Source of the DNA: an uncultured Actinomycetota bacterium
Lineage (GTDB): Bacteria > Actinomycetota > Actinomycetes > Propionibacteriales > Nocardioidaceae
Length of the DNA stretch: 64,000 bases
NCBI GenBank assembly: GCA_963833775.1
Contig: CAWHZH010000013.1
Location: forward strand, 24,330 to 88,329
Reading direction: 5' to 3'
Shown here: positions 1-9,213 of the stretch, piece by piece
How positions within the stretch are numbered: position 1 is the stretch's first letter
Layout: every line of letters begins with the position of its first letter
Position numbers and translations under genes: made by a program
Notes under the pieces: model-generated
Told to the model about the DNA's origin: nothing
The model's database searches: none
The model's input: the letters and a program-made list of their open reading frames with translations, nothing else

Positions 1-215
1 CGACCGGTGAGCATGGCGCCGAGTCCGGAGGTGAGGCCGCGGAGGTGCTCGGCGCTCGGCTCGGACACCGTGAACGTCATGGGATCCGAGCCTCCGGTGT
101 GGATCTCGACGTCCCCGGACGTGAGGTACCAGTCGAACACCTCGGCCACGCCGCCGTTGAGGTCGGCGACGTAGCCGTCGAGCGACATGGACATGATGGC
201 GACAACCTTCGTCAT
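1..215 (-). CDS. Dihydrofolate reductase family protein (RibD C-terminal domain type), 5' part only; the gene runs off the window start
   Basis: This ORF is absent from the ORF track because it is open at the window edge. Reverse translation from ATG 215..213 gives MTKVVAIMSMSLDGYVADLNGGVAEVFDWYLTSGDVEIHTGG..., a typical RibD_C/DHFR-like N-terminus. It is a paralogue of 15027-15593. Confidence 0.6.
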   Translation of the reverse strand, partial: MTKVVAIMSMSLDGYVADLNGGVAEVFDWYLTSGDVEIHTGGSDPMTFTVSEPSAEHLRGLTSGLGAMLTG

Positions 216-340
216 CTGCGTCTCCCTGTTCCGGGCGGTCCCGATGACCACCTTCCACCCCCACCACGAACCGCATCACTCCCATACGACAGCCGTCCGT
301 AGCTGACGGCTTGCCGGCGGACTGCCTGGGTCGTCGCAGG

Positions 341-1456
341 CTAGGAGGTCGGAGCCAGGTGCAGGTCTCGGCCGAGGATGCCGGCCAGTCGGGAGGTCTC
401 CTGCCTCAGGGCCTCCTCGGGTCGCCGGCCGTCCTCGAGCCAGCTGACCGTGAGCTCGTCGTCCTTGCGTGCCCAGGTCCCGCAGACGACACCGCCCAGG
501 ACCACGGGGTTCGCCTTGCGGGTGACGAGGTCCCGTCGGGACGGCGGGGTGACGTGGACGTCCTTGGTGCCGGGACCCATCACCCACTGGTCGTGCCCGG
601 GCAGGAACCGCAGTGCCTCCGAGGGACGCGCTGCGAGGAGGGAGTCGACGTCCTCCCGTACGACGTACGCCGTGGTGCCCTCGATGTCGACCGCGACCAG
701 CTGGTCGCGGAGCTCGGACCACCAGGTGTCGAGCCGCTTCCGGCCCGCGCTCAGGCCGCTGCCGAGCCAGTAGACGACGTGGTCGAACGTCGCCGGCCCG
801 TAGGTCCGGAGGTACGCCGTGACGGCGCGCGGACCCGCCTCGTCGAGCCCGGGAACTCCCGTCCACCTCGGGTTGAGGTCGAGGCGCTGGAAGGTGCGCT
901 GCCCGTCGCGGCGTGGCGCGAAGCTCATGTCCCCTTGCCAGGTCAGGGGCTTGATCAGGGTGCCCGCGCCCTCGTCGAAGACCGGCTTCAGGTGCCGGTA
1001 GGCACGGTGCCTCGCCAGCGCGTCACCGAGCTCGGAGATGGTCAACGGCCCGTCGCTGAGCGCCTCTCGCACGGCCGCTCGGAAGTCCGGCCAGTCCGCT
1101 GGGGTGAGACGGTAGTACTCCACCCAGCTCGGCAGCTCCCACTGGCGCCCGGCCGATCGGAGCGCGAGGTAGATGCCGCCGTCCTCGGGTGCGAGGTAGT
1201 GCATCGACCCGCGGAACGCGAACGCCTCGATCACCGTCCCGTCCACCAGGGCCTGCATCAGGTCGCCGGGCCGCGACGTCGTGGAGCGGGTCCCCACGGC
1301 GAGGTCGGCGAGGGACTCGTCCATCGCGAGCACCGCCCCGAGCCGGCGTACGACGTCGGCCGCCGACTCGACTCCGACCGGGTCGAGCAGATGCCGGTCC
1401 GACCGCCAGGCCAGCGCCTGGCGCCACGTGACAGAAGCGTCGATCGGAGTGCTCAT
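341..1456 (-). CDS. Winged-helix DNA-binding domain protein, YcaQ/AlkZ (DUF1006) family, DNA-glycosylase-like
   Basis: Derived from ORF 341-1510, with the start moved to ATG 1456 (MSTPIDASVTWRQALAWRSDRHLL...). Support is the length of about 370 aa, the family-typical N-terminal helix, the 'RRLGAV...' segment and the C-terminal 'VVCGTWARK' motif. High GC3. Confidence 0.65.
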   Translation of the reverse strand: MSTPIDASVTWRQALAWRSDRHLLDPVGVESAADVVRRLGAVLAMDESLADLAVGTRSTTSRPGDLMQALVDGTVIEAFAFRGSMHYLAPEDGGIYLALRSAGRQWELPSWVEYYRLTPADWPDFRAAVREALSDGPLTISELGDALARHRAYRHLKPVFDEGAGTLIKPLTWQGDMSFAPRRDGQRTFQRLDLNPRWTGVPGLDEAGPRAVTAYLRTYGPATFDHVVYWLGSGLSAGRKRLDTWWSELRDQLVAVDIEGTTAYVVREDVDSLLAARPSEALRFLPGHDQWVMGPGTKDVHVTPPSRRDLVTRKANPVVLGGVVCGTWARKDDELTVSWLEDGRRPEEALRQETSRLAGILGRDLHLAPTS

Positions 1457-1558
1457 GCCCGCAGCCTGGCACCGATTCCGGACGGTAGGCGTCCGGAGAG
1501 GGATGCACACTGATCGGGTGCCGGACGCGACGAGCCACTCGCTGTGGCGGCCGGCGCC

Positions 1559-1608
1559 GCATCTACGTCATCCGACGGATGACGGCGACAGCGCGCCGTC
1601 CCTAGCGT
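1559..1608 (+). promoter_or_regulatory. Candidate activator site plus promoter. The 27-nt element gcATCTACGTCATCCGACGGATGACGG has a perfect 9+1+9 palindrome core at 1566-1584, followed after 18 nt by the -10-like hexamer TAGCGT (1603-1608)
   Basis: An exact 27/27 copy in the equivalent orientation lies at 7108-7134, upstream of the second hydrolase gene. The palindrome occupies the -35 position. Confidence 0.55.
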
Positions 1609-1683
1609 GCAGGAAGCGAGCCGCGCATCCCACGTCGCCGACCCAGGTGTGACGCCTGATCCGACCCCCCGAGAGGAACCACC

Positions 1684-2532
1684 GTGCCCGACAACCGACA
1701 GACCTTCCGAACCAGGATCGGCCTCGTGGTGGGGGCAGCAGTGCTGGCCTCGGTCGCGGTCTCGACCTCCATGACCTCCACGGCATCGGCCCAGCAGCAC
1801 GCGACGAGCCACAAGCCGACGGTCGTCCTCGTCCACGGGGCCTGGGCCGACAGCTCGAGCTGGAGCCGCGTCGTACGACGGCTGCAGCGCGACGGATATC
1901 CCGTCCGCGTGGTCCCGAACCCGCTGCGGAGCCTGGGCACCGACTCGGAGTACCTGGCGGGCTACCTGCAGACCATCCCCGGACCGATCGTGCTCGTCGG
2001 CCACTCGTACGGCGGTGCCGTCGTCACCAACGCGGCGACCGGGAACCCGAACGTGAAGGCACTCGTGTACGTCGACGCCTTCGCGCCGGACCAGGGCGAG
2101 TCCGTCGTTCAACTGGCCTCCGCGAAGCCCGGCTCGGCTCTGGCGGTGGCTGATCCGAGCACCATCTTCTCGTTCACACCCTTCCCGGACGCCGCGCAGG
2201 GCGACGTCGAGCTCACCGTGCTCCCGAAGGTCTTCCGGACCGCGTTCGCCAACGACCTCCCTCGCGCCCAGGCCGCCGTGCTGGCGGCCACGCAGCGGCC
2301 GGTCGCCCTGTTCGCACTGAACGCGCCGTCCGGAGTGCCCGCCTGGAAGACCATCCCGTCGTGGTACCTCGCGGGCACGATCGACCGGGTCCTGCCCATC
2401 GCCGAGCAACGAGCCATGGCGGTCAGGGCCGGTTCCCACCTGGTCAGGATCCGGGCCGGCCACCTGTCGATGATCTCGAAGCCCGGCGCCGTCGAGTCGA
2501 TCATCGTCGACGCCGCCACCGCGACCGACTAG
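1684..2532 (+). CDS. Secreted alpha/beta hydrolase (esterase/lipase-like)
   Basis: GTG start. N-terminal signal peptide (RIGLVVGAAVLASVAVSTSMTSTASA-QQ). Nucleophile elbow GHSYGG and a 'VVLVHGAWADSSSW' oxyanion-region motif. Confidence 0.8.
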   Translation: MPDNRQTFRTRIGLVVGAAVLASVAVSTSMTSTASAQQHATSHKPTVVLVHGAWADSSSWSRVVRRLQRDGYPVRVVPNPLRSLGTDSEYLAGYLQTIPGPIVLVGHSYGGAVVTNAATGNPNVKALVYVDAFAPDQGESVVQLASAKPGSALAVADPSTIFSFTPFPDAAQGDVELTVLPKVFRTAFANDLPRAQAAVLAATQRPVALFALNAPSGVPAWKTIPSWYLAGTIDRVLPIAEQRAMAVRAGSHLVRIRAGHLSMISKPGAVESIIVDAATATD

Positions 2533-2542
2533 AGGCGACGAC

Positions 2543-3328
2543 ATGGAACTCGATCTGACCGGCCGCGTCGCCGTCGTCACCGGGGCCAGCAAGGGCATCG
2601 GCCTGGCGATCACGACCCTGCTCGCGAAGGAGGGCGTGCACGTGTTCGCCGGCGCCCGCGGGTCCAGCGAGGAGCTCACCGCACTGGGCGAGACCGGTGG
2701 GGTCGAGCACGTCGAGGTGGACCTCGGCACGCAGGAAGGCGCCACTGCGCTGGTGGACGCGGCGACCAGCCGTGGCCGGCTCGACATCCTGGTCAACAAC
2801 GTCGGCGCGGTGACGCCGCGGCTGGCCGGCTTCCTCGCCGTCACCGACGAGCAGTGGACGCACTCCCTCAACCTCAACCTGATGGCCGCCGTACGCACCA
2901 CCCGGGCAGCGCTGCCGACGATGCTCGCCCAGGAACGGGGCGTCATCGTGACCACCAGCTCGGTGAACGCGTTCCTGCCGGACCCGACCGTGATCGACTA
3001 CGGAGCCGCCAAGGCGGCGTTGAGCAACTTCTGCAAGTCCCTGTCCAAGGAGGTCGGACCGTACGGCGTTCGCGTCAACACGGTGAGTCCCGGACCGGTC
3101 GCCACCGAGCTGTGGCTCGGCGACCACGGTGTCGCGGCCACGATCGCCCGGGACAAGGGCGGGGACGCCTCGACCGTCGCGGACAGCGCCGCCGCCGACA
3201 GCGTCACGGGCCGCTTCACCCTCCCCTCCGAGGTCGCCGACCTCGTCGTGTACCTCGCCAGCGACCGGGCTGCCAACATCACCGGCGCGGACTTCACCAT
3301 CGACGGGGGGCTGACCACCACTCTCTAG
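2543..3328 (+). CDS. SDR family oxidoreductase
   Basis: TGASKGIG Rossmann motif near the N-terminus, length 261 aa, 'YGAAKAAL' catalytic YxxxK, and a 10-nt gap to the upstream hydrolase gene. Confidence 0.85.
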   Translation: MELDLTGRVAVVTGASKGIGLAITTLLAKEGVHVFAGARGSSEELTALGETGGVEHVEVDLGTQEGATALVDAATSRGRLDILVNNVGAVTPRLAGFLAVTDEQWTHSLNLNLMAAVRTTRAALPTMLAQERGVIVTTSSVNAFLPDPTVIDYGAAKAALSNFCKSLSKEVGPYGVRVNTVSPGPVATELWLGDHGVAATIARDKGGDASTVADSAAADSVTGRFTLPSEVADLVVYLASDRAANITGADFTIDGGLTTTL

Positions 3329-3408
3329 GCCCGGGTCGCCCCAGTAGCGTGTCGGCAGAGCGGGATCGACCCAGTCAACGGTGACGGTAGGGACGACTGC
3401 TGTCACAC

Positions 3409-6138
3409 ATGACTGGGGGGCTCATGGCCGAGACCGGGCTGGTCGGGCGCGTCGAGTCCCGGGACTTCCTCCTCCGAGCACTGGGGTACGGCGCCCAGGT
3501 GGCCGTCGTGCTCGGCGGGCCCGGCGCCGGGAAGACCGCCCTCCTGGCCGCGGTCGCTGCCGGGCAGCGCGAGCAGGGCGTCCGAGTGGTCGAGGTGACG
3601 GGACAACCGCTCGAGGCGGACCTCGCCTTCGCTGCGCTGGTGGAGCTGCTCTCCTCGCTGGAACCCGGGCCTGCTGGGTCGGCCGCCCGGGTGGACGAGC
3701 TGGCCCTGATGTCGTCCGATCCCCTGCGTCAGCGACTGGAGGTGCTGCGCCGGGTGGAGGAGCTGTCCGAGGGACGGGTCCTGATCGTCGTCGACGACGC
3801 CCAGTGGATCGACGCCAGCTCGCTGTCCGTGCTGGCGTTCGTGGGCAACCGGATCTCCGGGAGCTCGGTCGCGATGGTCGTCGCCGCCCGCGGCGAGGTG
3901 GCTCCGCCGGGCTTCGCCGCCCACCCGGTCGTGCCGCTCCCCCGCCTCGACACCCTCCAGTCCCGACTCGTCCTCCGGCGCACGGGCCTCGACCTGGACG
4001 ACTCACTGATGGCGGCCATCGTGACCGCGGCGACGGGCAACCCGCTCGCCCTCGTCGAGCTGGCCCGTGCGGCGGCGTCCGGCGGTGTCACCCCGACCGA
4101 CACGCTGCTGCCCATCCCCGAGCGGCTCGAGCGGGCGTTCGCGGCCGAGCTGCCCGACCTGCCCGCGGCCACCCGGGATCTCCTGGTGCTGGCCGCGGCC
4201 GGCGCCGACGACCTGGCCTCCTTGAGCGCCGTCAGCGGCCCGATCGACGTGCTCGCCGGTCTCGAGCCGGCCGAACGGTGCGGACTCCTCAGGGTCGGTG
4301 ACGGCCGGATCCACTGGCGGCACCCGCTCGCCCGGGCGGCGACGTACGCCGCGGCGACCGCCGACGAACGCCACCACGCTCACCTCGCTCTCGCCGCCCA
4401 GCCGGCCGAGGCACCGGACCGCCGGGCCTGGCATCTCTCCTATGCCGCTCTCGGTCCCGACGAGGAGGTCGCCGCGGAGCTGGAGGCCGTCGCCGTACGC
4501 GCCCAGGAGTCGGGGGGCTACCTCGAGGCCTGCCACGCGATGCAGCGGTCGGCGGAGCTGTCACCCGACCCGAAGGAGCGGGCCCGCAGGCTCGTGGTCA
4601 CGGCCGAGCTGGCCGCCCAGGCCGGGCAGTTCACCCGACTCCAGGAGTACGGGAAGCAGGTGCACCAGCTGACCGACGATCCCCTGCTGCTGACCCGGGT
4701 CGACCACTCCATCGCCTACGCGCTGGGCCACACGACCCGCCAGCGCAGCGCCCGCCTCGCCCTGCTGGCCGTCCTCGAGCGGTCCTGGCAGCTGAACCCG
4801 GCCGCCGGTTGGTCGACGCTCACGTCGCTGGCCGCCCTCGCGGTACGGACCGGCGAGGGCAACGAGGCCTTGATCGAGTGGCAGCACCGCCTGGAGTCGG
4901 TGGACCAGCCCGTGCCCCGGCCGTTCAGCGAGGTGCTGGCGGCCGCCCGGGCGTGGGTGCGCTCGGTGGCCGGCGGTCCCGCCGCCCGGACCCCGGAGCT
5001 GGTGGAGCAGGTGCTGCGCCCGCCCACCTTGGGGCCCGACGACCCGCCGGACATCGTGTTCGGCACCGAGATGCTCCTGGGCTCGGCCGCCTGGCTGGTC
5101 GACGAGCACGACGCGGCCCAGAGCCACCTGTCCAGGGCCGTCGTACTCATGCAGGGCGCGGACGCCACCGGCGAGCTACCGCAGACCCTGCTGGCGCTGG
5201 CACACGTGCGGTTCGAGATGGGGTGGTGGGACGAGGCCGAGGAGACCTCACGCCTCCTGTCCGACGTCGCCGAGGCTCGCGGCCTCGACTTCCTGGGCTA
5301 CTCCGCCACGGAGGTCCGCGCCCGGATCGCGGCCGTGCGTGGCCACCCGGGGCAGGCGTCGGAGATGGTGCGGGCCACCGAGGCGGCCGTGGACCCCGGG
5401 GAGTGGGCGTCGCTGACCTGCGACCTGATCCGGACCAAGGGACTGGCGGCGGTCAGCGCCAGCGATCATGCGCTCGCCCATGCGCACCTGAGCGGACTCT
5501 TCCTCGACGACGGCACCCCGCTGCACTGGCGGACGTCCCTGCTGGCCATCGGCGACCTCGCGGCCGCGGCGGTCCGCACCGGGCACGCGGATCAGGTCGT
5601 CCGGCCGATCGAGTGGGCGAGGACGCACGTGGGTGAGCACCCCAGTGCCCGCGTGGCCATGGCTCTGGCCCGGGCCGTGGCGAACACCTCCGGCACGGCG
5701 GCCGGGCCGGCGTTCGAGGAGGCGGTCTCGGTCGAGGGTGGCGATGTCTGGCCGTTCGAGCTGGCCAACGCCCGGCTCGAGTACGGCGTGTGGCTGCGGC
5801 GGCAACGCCGGCCGACCCTGGCCCGTGAGCAGCTCCACGCGGCGCTGACCACCTTCGAGCGGCTCGGAGCGTCGGGCTGGGCCGAGATGGCTCGTGCGGA
5901 GCTGCGGGCGGCCGGGGTGGCGACCGGCGTCCCGGCGACCAGCTCCTGGTCGACCCTGACCACCCAGGAGCGTCAGATCGTGCGCCTGGCGGCGACCGGG
6001 CTGAGCAACCGGGAGATCGCGGAGGCCCTGTTCCTCTCCCCGCGTACCGTCGGCACGCACCTGCACCACGCGTTCCCCAAGCTGGGCGTGACGACCCGAG
6101 GCCGCCTACGCGACGTCGTAGACGGCCTCGAGGACTAG
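3409..6138 (+). CDS. Large ATP-binding LuxR-family (LAL/MalT-like) transcriptional regulator
   Basis: Walker A GGPGAGKTALL, Walker B-like LIVVDDAQWID, a long helical/TPR-like middle region, and a C-terminal LuxR HTH (LTTQERQIVRLAATGLSNREIAEALFLSPRTVGTHLHHAFPKLGV). An alternative start is ATG 3424. Confidence 0.85.
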   Translation: MTGGLMAETGLVGRVESRDFLLRALGYGAQVAVVLGGPGAGKTALLAAVAAGQREQGVRVVEVTGQPLEADLAFAALVELLSSLEPGPAGSAARVDELALMSSDPLRQRLEVLRRVEELSEGRVLIVVDDAQWIDASSLSVLAFVGNRISGSSVAMVVAARGEVAPPGFAAHPVVPLPRLDTLQSRLVLRRTGLDLDDSLMAAIVTAATGNPLALVELARAAASGGVTPTDTLLPIPERLERAFAAELPDLPAATRDLLVLAAAGADDLASLSAVSGPIDVLAGLEPAERCGLLRVGDGRIHWRHPLARAATYAAATADERHHAHLALAAQPAEAPDRRAWHLSYAALGPDEEVAAELEAVAVRAQESGGYLEACHAMQRSAELSPDPKERARRLVVTAELAAQAGQFTRLQEYGKQVHQLTDDPLLLTRVDHSIAYALGHTTRQRSARLALLAVLERSWQLNPAAGWSTLTSLAALAVRTGEGNEALIEWQHRLESVDQPVPRPFSEVLAAARAWVRSVAGGPAARTPELVEQVLRPPTLGPDDPPDIVFGTEMLLGSAAWLVDEHDAAQSHLSRAVVLMQGADATGELPQTLLALAHVRFEMGWWDEAEETSRLLSDVAEARGLDFLGYSATEVRARIAAVRGHPGQASEMVRATEAAVDPGEWASLTCDLIRTKGLAAVSASDHALAHAHLSGLFLDDGTPLHWRTSLLAIGDLAAAAVRTGHADQVVRPIEWARTHVGEHPSARVAMALARAVANTSGTAAGPAFEEAVSVEGGDVWPFELANARLEYGVWLRRQRRPTLAREQLHAALTTFERLGASGWAEMARAELRAAGVATGVPATSSWSTLTTQERQIVRLAATGLSNREIAEALFLSPRTVGTHLHHAFPKLGVTTRGRLRDVVDGLED

Positions 6139-6145
6139 TCGCTCG

Positions 6146-7006
6146 CTACTTCACGAAGCGGGACACGAAGTCGAGCGTCACCTGCGCCACCTCGCGCCAG
6201 CCGGCGTCGATGGTCAGGGAGTGCCCACGACCGGTCACCTCGTGGAACTCGGTGACGCCCTCGTTCTTGGCCTGGCGCTTGTACGTCGCGTGCGAGATCG
6301 CGTGCGGCACCTGGTGGTCGAGCTCGCCGGAGATGACCAGCATCGGACCCCGGTCCTCGGTCTTGTTGTCGACCTTGGTCTCCGAACGTGGGTTGAAGTT
6401 CGCGAACGCGGCCTGGAAGACCGGCACGCCGGAGCCCGCGACGCTGTAGGTCTCGTAGAGCTCCTTGGCCTCCTCCTCCGAGATGGCGTTGCCGAACCCG
6501 TAGCGGAACTGCTCGAAGGTGAGGGCCACGGCCCGGTGCCGGTTGGCCGGGTTGGACAGCACGACGGAGCTGGACTTGAGGGCGGCGATCGGGACGGGCA
6601 GCACGCCCCGGCTCGGCGCCGGGTCGATCGCCACGGTGGCCGCCGCGAGACCGCGGCCGGCGAGGATCTGTGCGAGCAGACCGCCGAAGGAGTGGCCGAT
6701 GACGGCCGGCTTCCGGTCGAGGCGCTCGACGATCTGCTGCTGGTACGCCGCGATGTCCCCGACGCTCTTGTTGGCGAAGACGCTGGGATCCTCCCGCGCC
6801 TCCTCGACCGACGGGGGGTCGTCGGGCCAGCCGGGCGTGACCGACGCATACCCGGCGTCCTCGAAGAAGGTGGCCCAGCGGTCCCAGCTCGAGTCGAGGA
6901 GCCAGAGGCCGTGCACGAAGACGACCGGTTGCTTGCCGGAGGCGTTGGCCCGCTCCACCTCCTCGAGCTCCGAGGCGGTGGGGGGAGGAACGGTCGGGTC
7001 ACTCAT
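6146..7006 (-). CDS. Alpha/beta hydrolase (cytoplasmic)
   Basis: This is the C-terminal 286 aa of ORF 6146-7675, with the start set at ATG 7006 (MSDPTVPPP...). Motifs are 'VVFVHGLWLLDSSW' and the nucleophile elbow GHSFGG. The upstream part of the ORF is Arg/Val-rich and not protein-like. Confidence 0.8.
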   Translation of the reverse strand: MSDPTVPPPTASELEEVERANASGKQPVVFVHGLWLLDSSWDRWATFFEDAGYASVTPGWPDDPPSVEEAREDPSVFANKSVGDIAAYQQQIVERLDRKPAVIGHSFGGLLAQILAGRGLAAATVAIDPAPSRGVLPVPIAALKSSSVVLSNPANRHRAVALTFEQFRYGFGNAISEEEAKELYETYSVAGSGVPVFQAAFANFNPRSETKVDNKTEDRGPMLVISGELDHQVPHAISHATYKRQAKNEGVTEFHEVTGRGHSLTIDAGWREVAQVTLDFVSRFVK

Positions 7007-7085
7007 AGGTGCACTCCTTGACGAGGATGGAAGGGCGTCACGACGAGACGTCCGGAGCCCCAGGCGGCGGTCTCGCGTCTCACTC

Positions 7086-7134
7086 AGGCTAGGAGCGCGG
7101 CGTACCTCCGTCATCCGTCGGATGACGTAGATGC
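7086..7134 (-). promoter_or_regulatory. Second copy of the 27-nt palindrome element (7108-7134, reverse complement), followed after 17 nt by the -10-like hexamer TAGCCT (7091..7086 on the minus strand)
   Basis: The reverse complement of 7108-7134 equals 1559-1585 exactly. The spacing to a TAnnnT hexamer and to the start codon (roughly 70 nt of leader) matches copy 1. Confidence 0.55.
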
Positions 7135-7234
7135 CGTTTTCGTCAAACGGGCACCGGGGTCGGGCAGTGACTGCCAAACTCGCATCGTCTCGGGCTGACG
7201 GCATGAGCCCCGAGTCAGGGAGAGAGACGTCGGG

Positions 7235-7627
7235 ATGACCCAGCTTCGTGACCTGTTCGCACTTCCGGACGACCCGGACGACAACGACCCGACCCAGGGG
7301 CGGCACCGCAGCACCGAGCCCGGGGAGTCCGTCGAGCCTGAGCCTCGCCTGGTCCGCAGTGCCGTCAACGGTCGCGTGTACGTCGTCACCCTGTACGACC
7401 AACGCGATGACGGGCAGATCGTCCCGCGCGAGAAGTACGACGTGTCCGAGGACTTCGAGCAGCTCACCGACGACCCGCACATCCCGTTCGGACCAGCGCT
7501 CTACGCGGTCGCGGCCCGTCTGTACGACATCGCCTCCGACGAGTCCTCGGACGACAGCAGAGCCGCACGCGTCGAGGCGATCGCCTCCAGCCTGGCCTAC
7601 TCGTTCCGCGGCCAGGCGGCGGACTAG
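7235..7627 (+). CDS. Hypothetical acidic protein (130 aa)
   Basis: Intact ORF with high GC3 and no recognisable domain (MTQLRDLFALPDDPDDNDPTQGRH...). It is divergent from the hydrolase at 6146-7006. Confidence 0.5.
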   Translation: MTQLRDLFALPDDPDDNDPTQGRHRSTEPGESVEPEPRLVRSAVNGRVYVVTLYDQRDDGQIVPREKYDVSEDFEQLTDDPHIPFGPALYAVAARLYDIASDESSDDSRAARVEAIASSLAYSFRGQAAD

Positions 7628-7740
7628 CCGTCGGACCACGACATCGGAGCCGCTCGCGGTGGTGACCCCCGACACATGAACCGGACGCCATCTCCGCTTC
7701 TGGTCTAGGCTGCAGGTCCATCAACTCGCGAAGGATCTCC

Positions 7741-9213
7741 GTGTCCGCCACCCAACGTCGTTCCCACTACCAGGTCACGTTCGCCGTCCTCGCCGTCTCG
7801 GTCTCGGCGTTCGCTCTGCTGCAGTCCCTGGTGGTGCCGGTCCTGGCAGAGATCCAGGCGGATCTCCACACCAGCCAGACGACCGTCACGTGGGTGCTGA
7901 CCGCCTACCTGTTGTCCGCCTCGGTGTGTACGCCGATCGTGGGTCGCGTCGGCGACAAGGTCGGCAAGGAACGGATGCTGGTCGTCGCCCTGGTCGCCCT
8001 CTCCGTCGGGTCCCTGATCGCTGCGTTGGCCACGAGCATCGGGCCGATGATCGCCGGCCGGGTCATCCAGGGCGTCGGCGGTGGCGTGCTCCCGCTCTCG
8101 TTCGGGATCATCCGCGACGAGTTCCCCGCGAAGAAGGTGCCGAGCGCGGTCGGTGCGGTCGCCTCACTGGCGGCGGTCGGCGCCGGGCTCGGGCTCGTCC
8201 TGGCCGGGCCGATCGTCAGTGCGTTCAACTACCACTGGCTGTTCTGGTTCCCCATGCTCATCACCGCTGCCGCGGCCCTGGCGACGGTGGTGTTCGTGCC
8301 GGAGTCGCCGGTCCGGACCCCGGGCAAGATCAGCCTCCTGCCGGCCGTCCTGTTGTCGTCCTGGCTGGTGGCGCTCCTGCTGGCACTGAGCCAGGGCTCC
8401 CAGTGGGGCTGGGACTCCCCCGCCGTCCTCGCACTCCTGGTCGCGGCCGTCGTCCTGTCTGCAGCCTGGGTCTGGGTCGAGAACCGCTCGGCCTCCCCGC
8501 TGATCGACATGCAGATGATGCGGCTGCCCGCGGTGTGGACCACCAACCTGGTCGCGCTGCTCGTCGGCTTCGCGATGTACGCGTCGTTCGCCTTCCTTCC
8601 CCAGCTGAGCCAGACGCCGAGTGCGGCGGGCTACGGGTTCGGCGCGTCGGTGACCGAGTCCGGCCTGATCCTGCTGCCGTCCTCGGTCACGATGTTCCTG
8701 GCCGGGATGTACTCCGCACGCGCGGCACGGCGCGTCGGTCCCAAGGCCGTGGTCGTCACCGGCTCACTGATCGTGGCTCTGGCCATGGCCATCGTCGCGT
8801 TCGCCCATGCCTACGCCTGGCAGCTCGTCCTCGCCAATGCGGTGATGGGCGTCGGGGTCGGCCTGATCTTCGCCTGCCTGTCCAACCTCATCGTCGCCGC
8901 CGTACCCCCCGAGCAGACCGGCGTGGCCAGCGGCATGAACGCCAACATCCGCACCGTCGGCGGTTCCATCGGCGCGGCCGTGATGGCCACCATCGTGACC
9001 GCGAGCGTGTTCCCCAACGGCCTGCCCCATGAGTCCGGCTACACCCGCGGCTTCTTCATGCTGATGGTCGTGATGCTCGTGTGCGCCGCAGTCGCCCTCA
9101 GGATCCCACCCGTCCGACGCACCGTGATCGAGGAGCACCTCGTGGGGGAGCCCGAGCATGCCGAGCTGGGCATGGTCGCCGGCGGCACCCTCGTCGGCGA
9201 CAAGAGCGAGTAG
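7741..9213 (+). CDS. MFS transporter, DHA2 (EmrB/QacA-like, 14-TMS) drug:H+ antiporter family
   Basis: GTG start, 490 aa. Motif A-like 'GRVGDKVGKERM', 'GRVIQGVGGG', and many hydrophobic segments. Confidence 0.85.
   Translation: MSATQRRSHYQVTFAVLAVSVSAFALLQSLVVPVLAEIQADLHTSQTTVTWVLTAYLLSASVCTPIVGRVGDKVGKERMLVVALVALSVGSLIAALATSIGPMIAGRVIQGVGGGVLPLSFGIIRDEFPAKKVPSAVGAVASLAAVGAGLGLVLAGPIVSAFNYHWLFWFPMLITAAAALATVVFVPESPVRTPGKISLLPAVLLSSWLVALLLALSQGSQWGWDSPAVLALLVAAVVLSAAWVWVENRSASPLIDMQMMRLPAVWTTNLVALLVGFAMYASFAFLPQLSQTPSAAGYGFGASVTESGLILLPSSVTMFLAGMYSARAARRVGPKAVVVTGSLIVALAMAIVAFAHAYAWQLVLANAVMGVGVGLIFACLSNLIVAAVPPEQTGVASGMNANIRTVGGSIGAAVMATIVTASVFPNGLPHESGYTRGFFMLMVVMLVCAAVALRIPPVRRTVIEEHLVGEPEHAELGMVAGGTLVGDKSE

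Noticed and set aside
291-311. Hairpin AGCCGTC-cgtagct-GACGGCT downstream of the YcaQ-like gene, and similar 5-7-bp hairpins at 1478-1496, 10064-10079 and 35552-35567.
   Set aside because: The stems are short and have no supporting context. They are not reported as terminators.
1453-2955. Long ORFs antisense to, or out of frame with, recognised genes. Examples: 1453-2955(-), 8764-9972(-), 13860-15530(+), 19096-20880(-), 20576-22444(-), 22399-24135(-), 24026-25111(-), 25851-27209(-), 27844-29151(+), 46435-48543(+), 47327-49477(-), 50224-52143(-), 50877-52700(+), 58368-59705(+).
   Set aside because: These are typical high-GC shadow ORFs. The products are Arg/Pro/Gly/His-rich, low in complexity and without motifs. 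Each overlaps a frame that carries clear family signatures and better third-position GC.
6146-7675. Long N-terminal extensions of real genes in the ORF track: 6146-7675, 9924-13346, 17732-18787, 27781-29559, 34280-35539, 52722-54122, 53543-54991, 55019-55381, 58057-59328 and 47318-49624.
   Set aside because: The extended parts lack protein-like composition. Internal ATG/GTG codons give N-termini typical of the families (signal peptides, Rossmann folds), usually with an RBS. The starts were therefore moved downstream.
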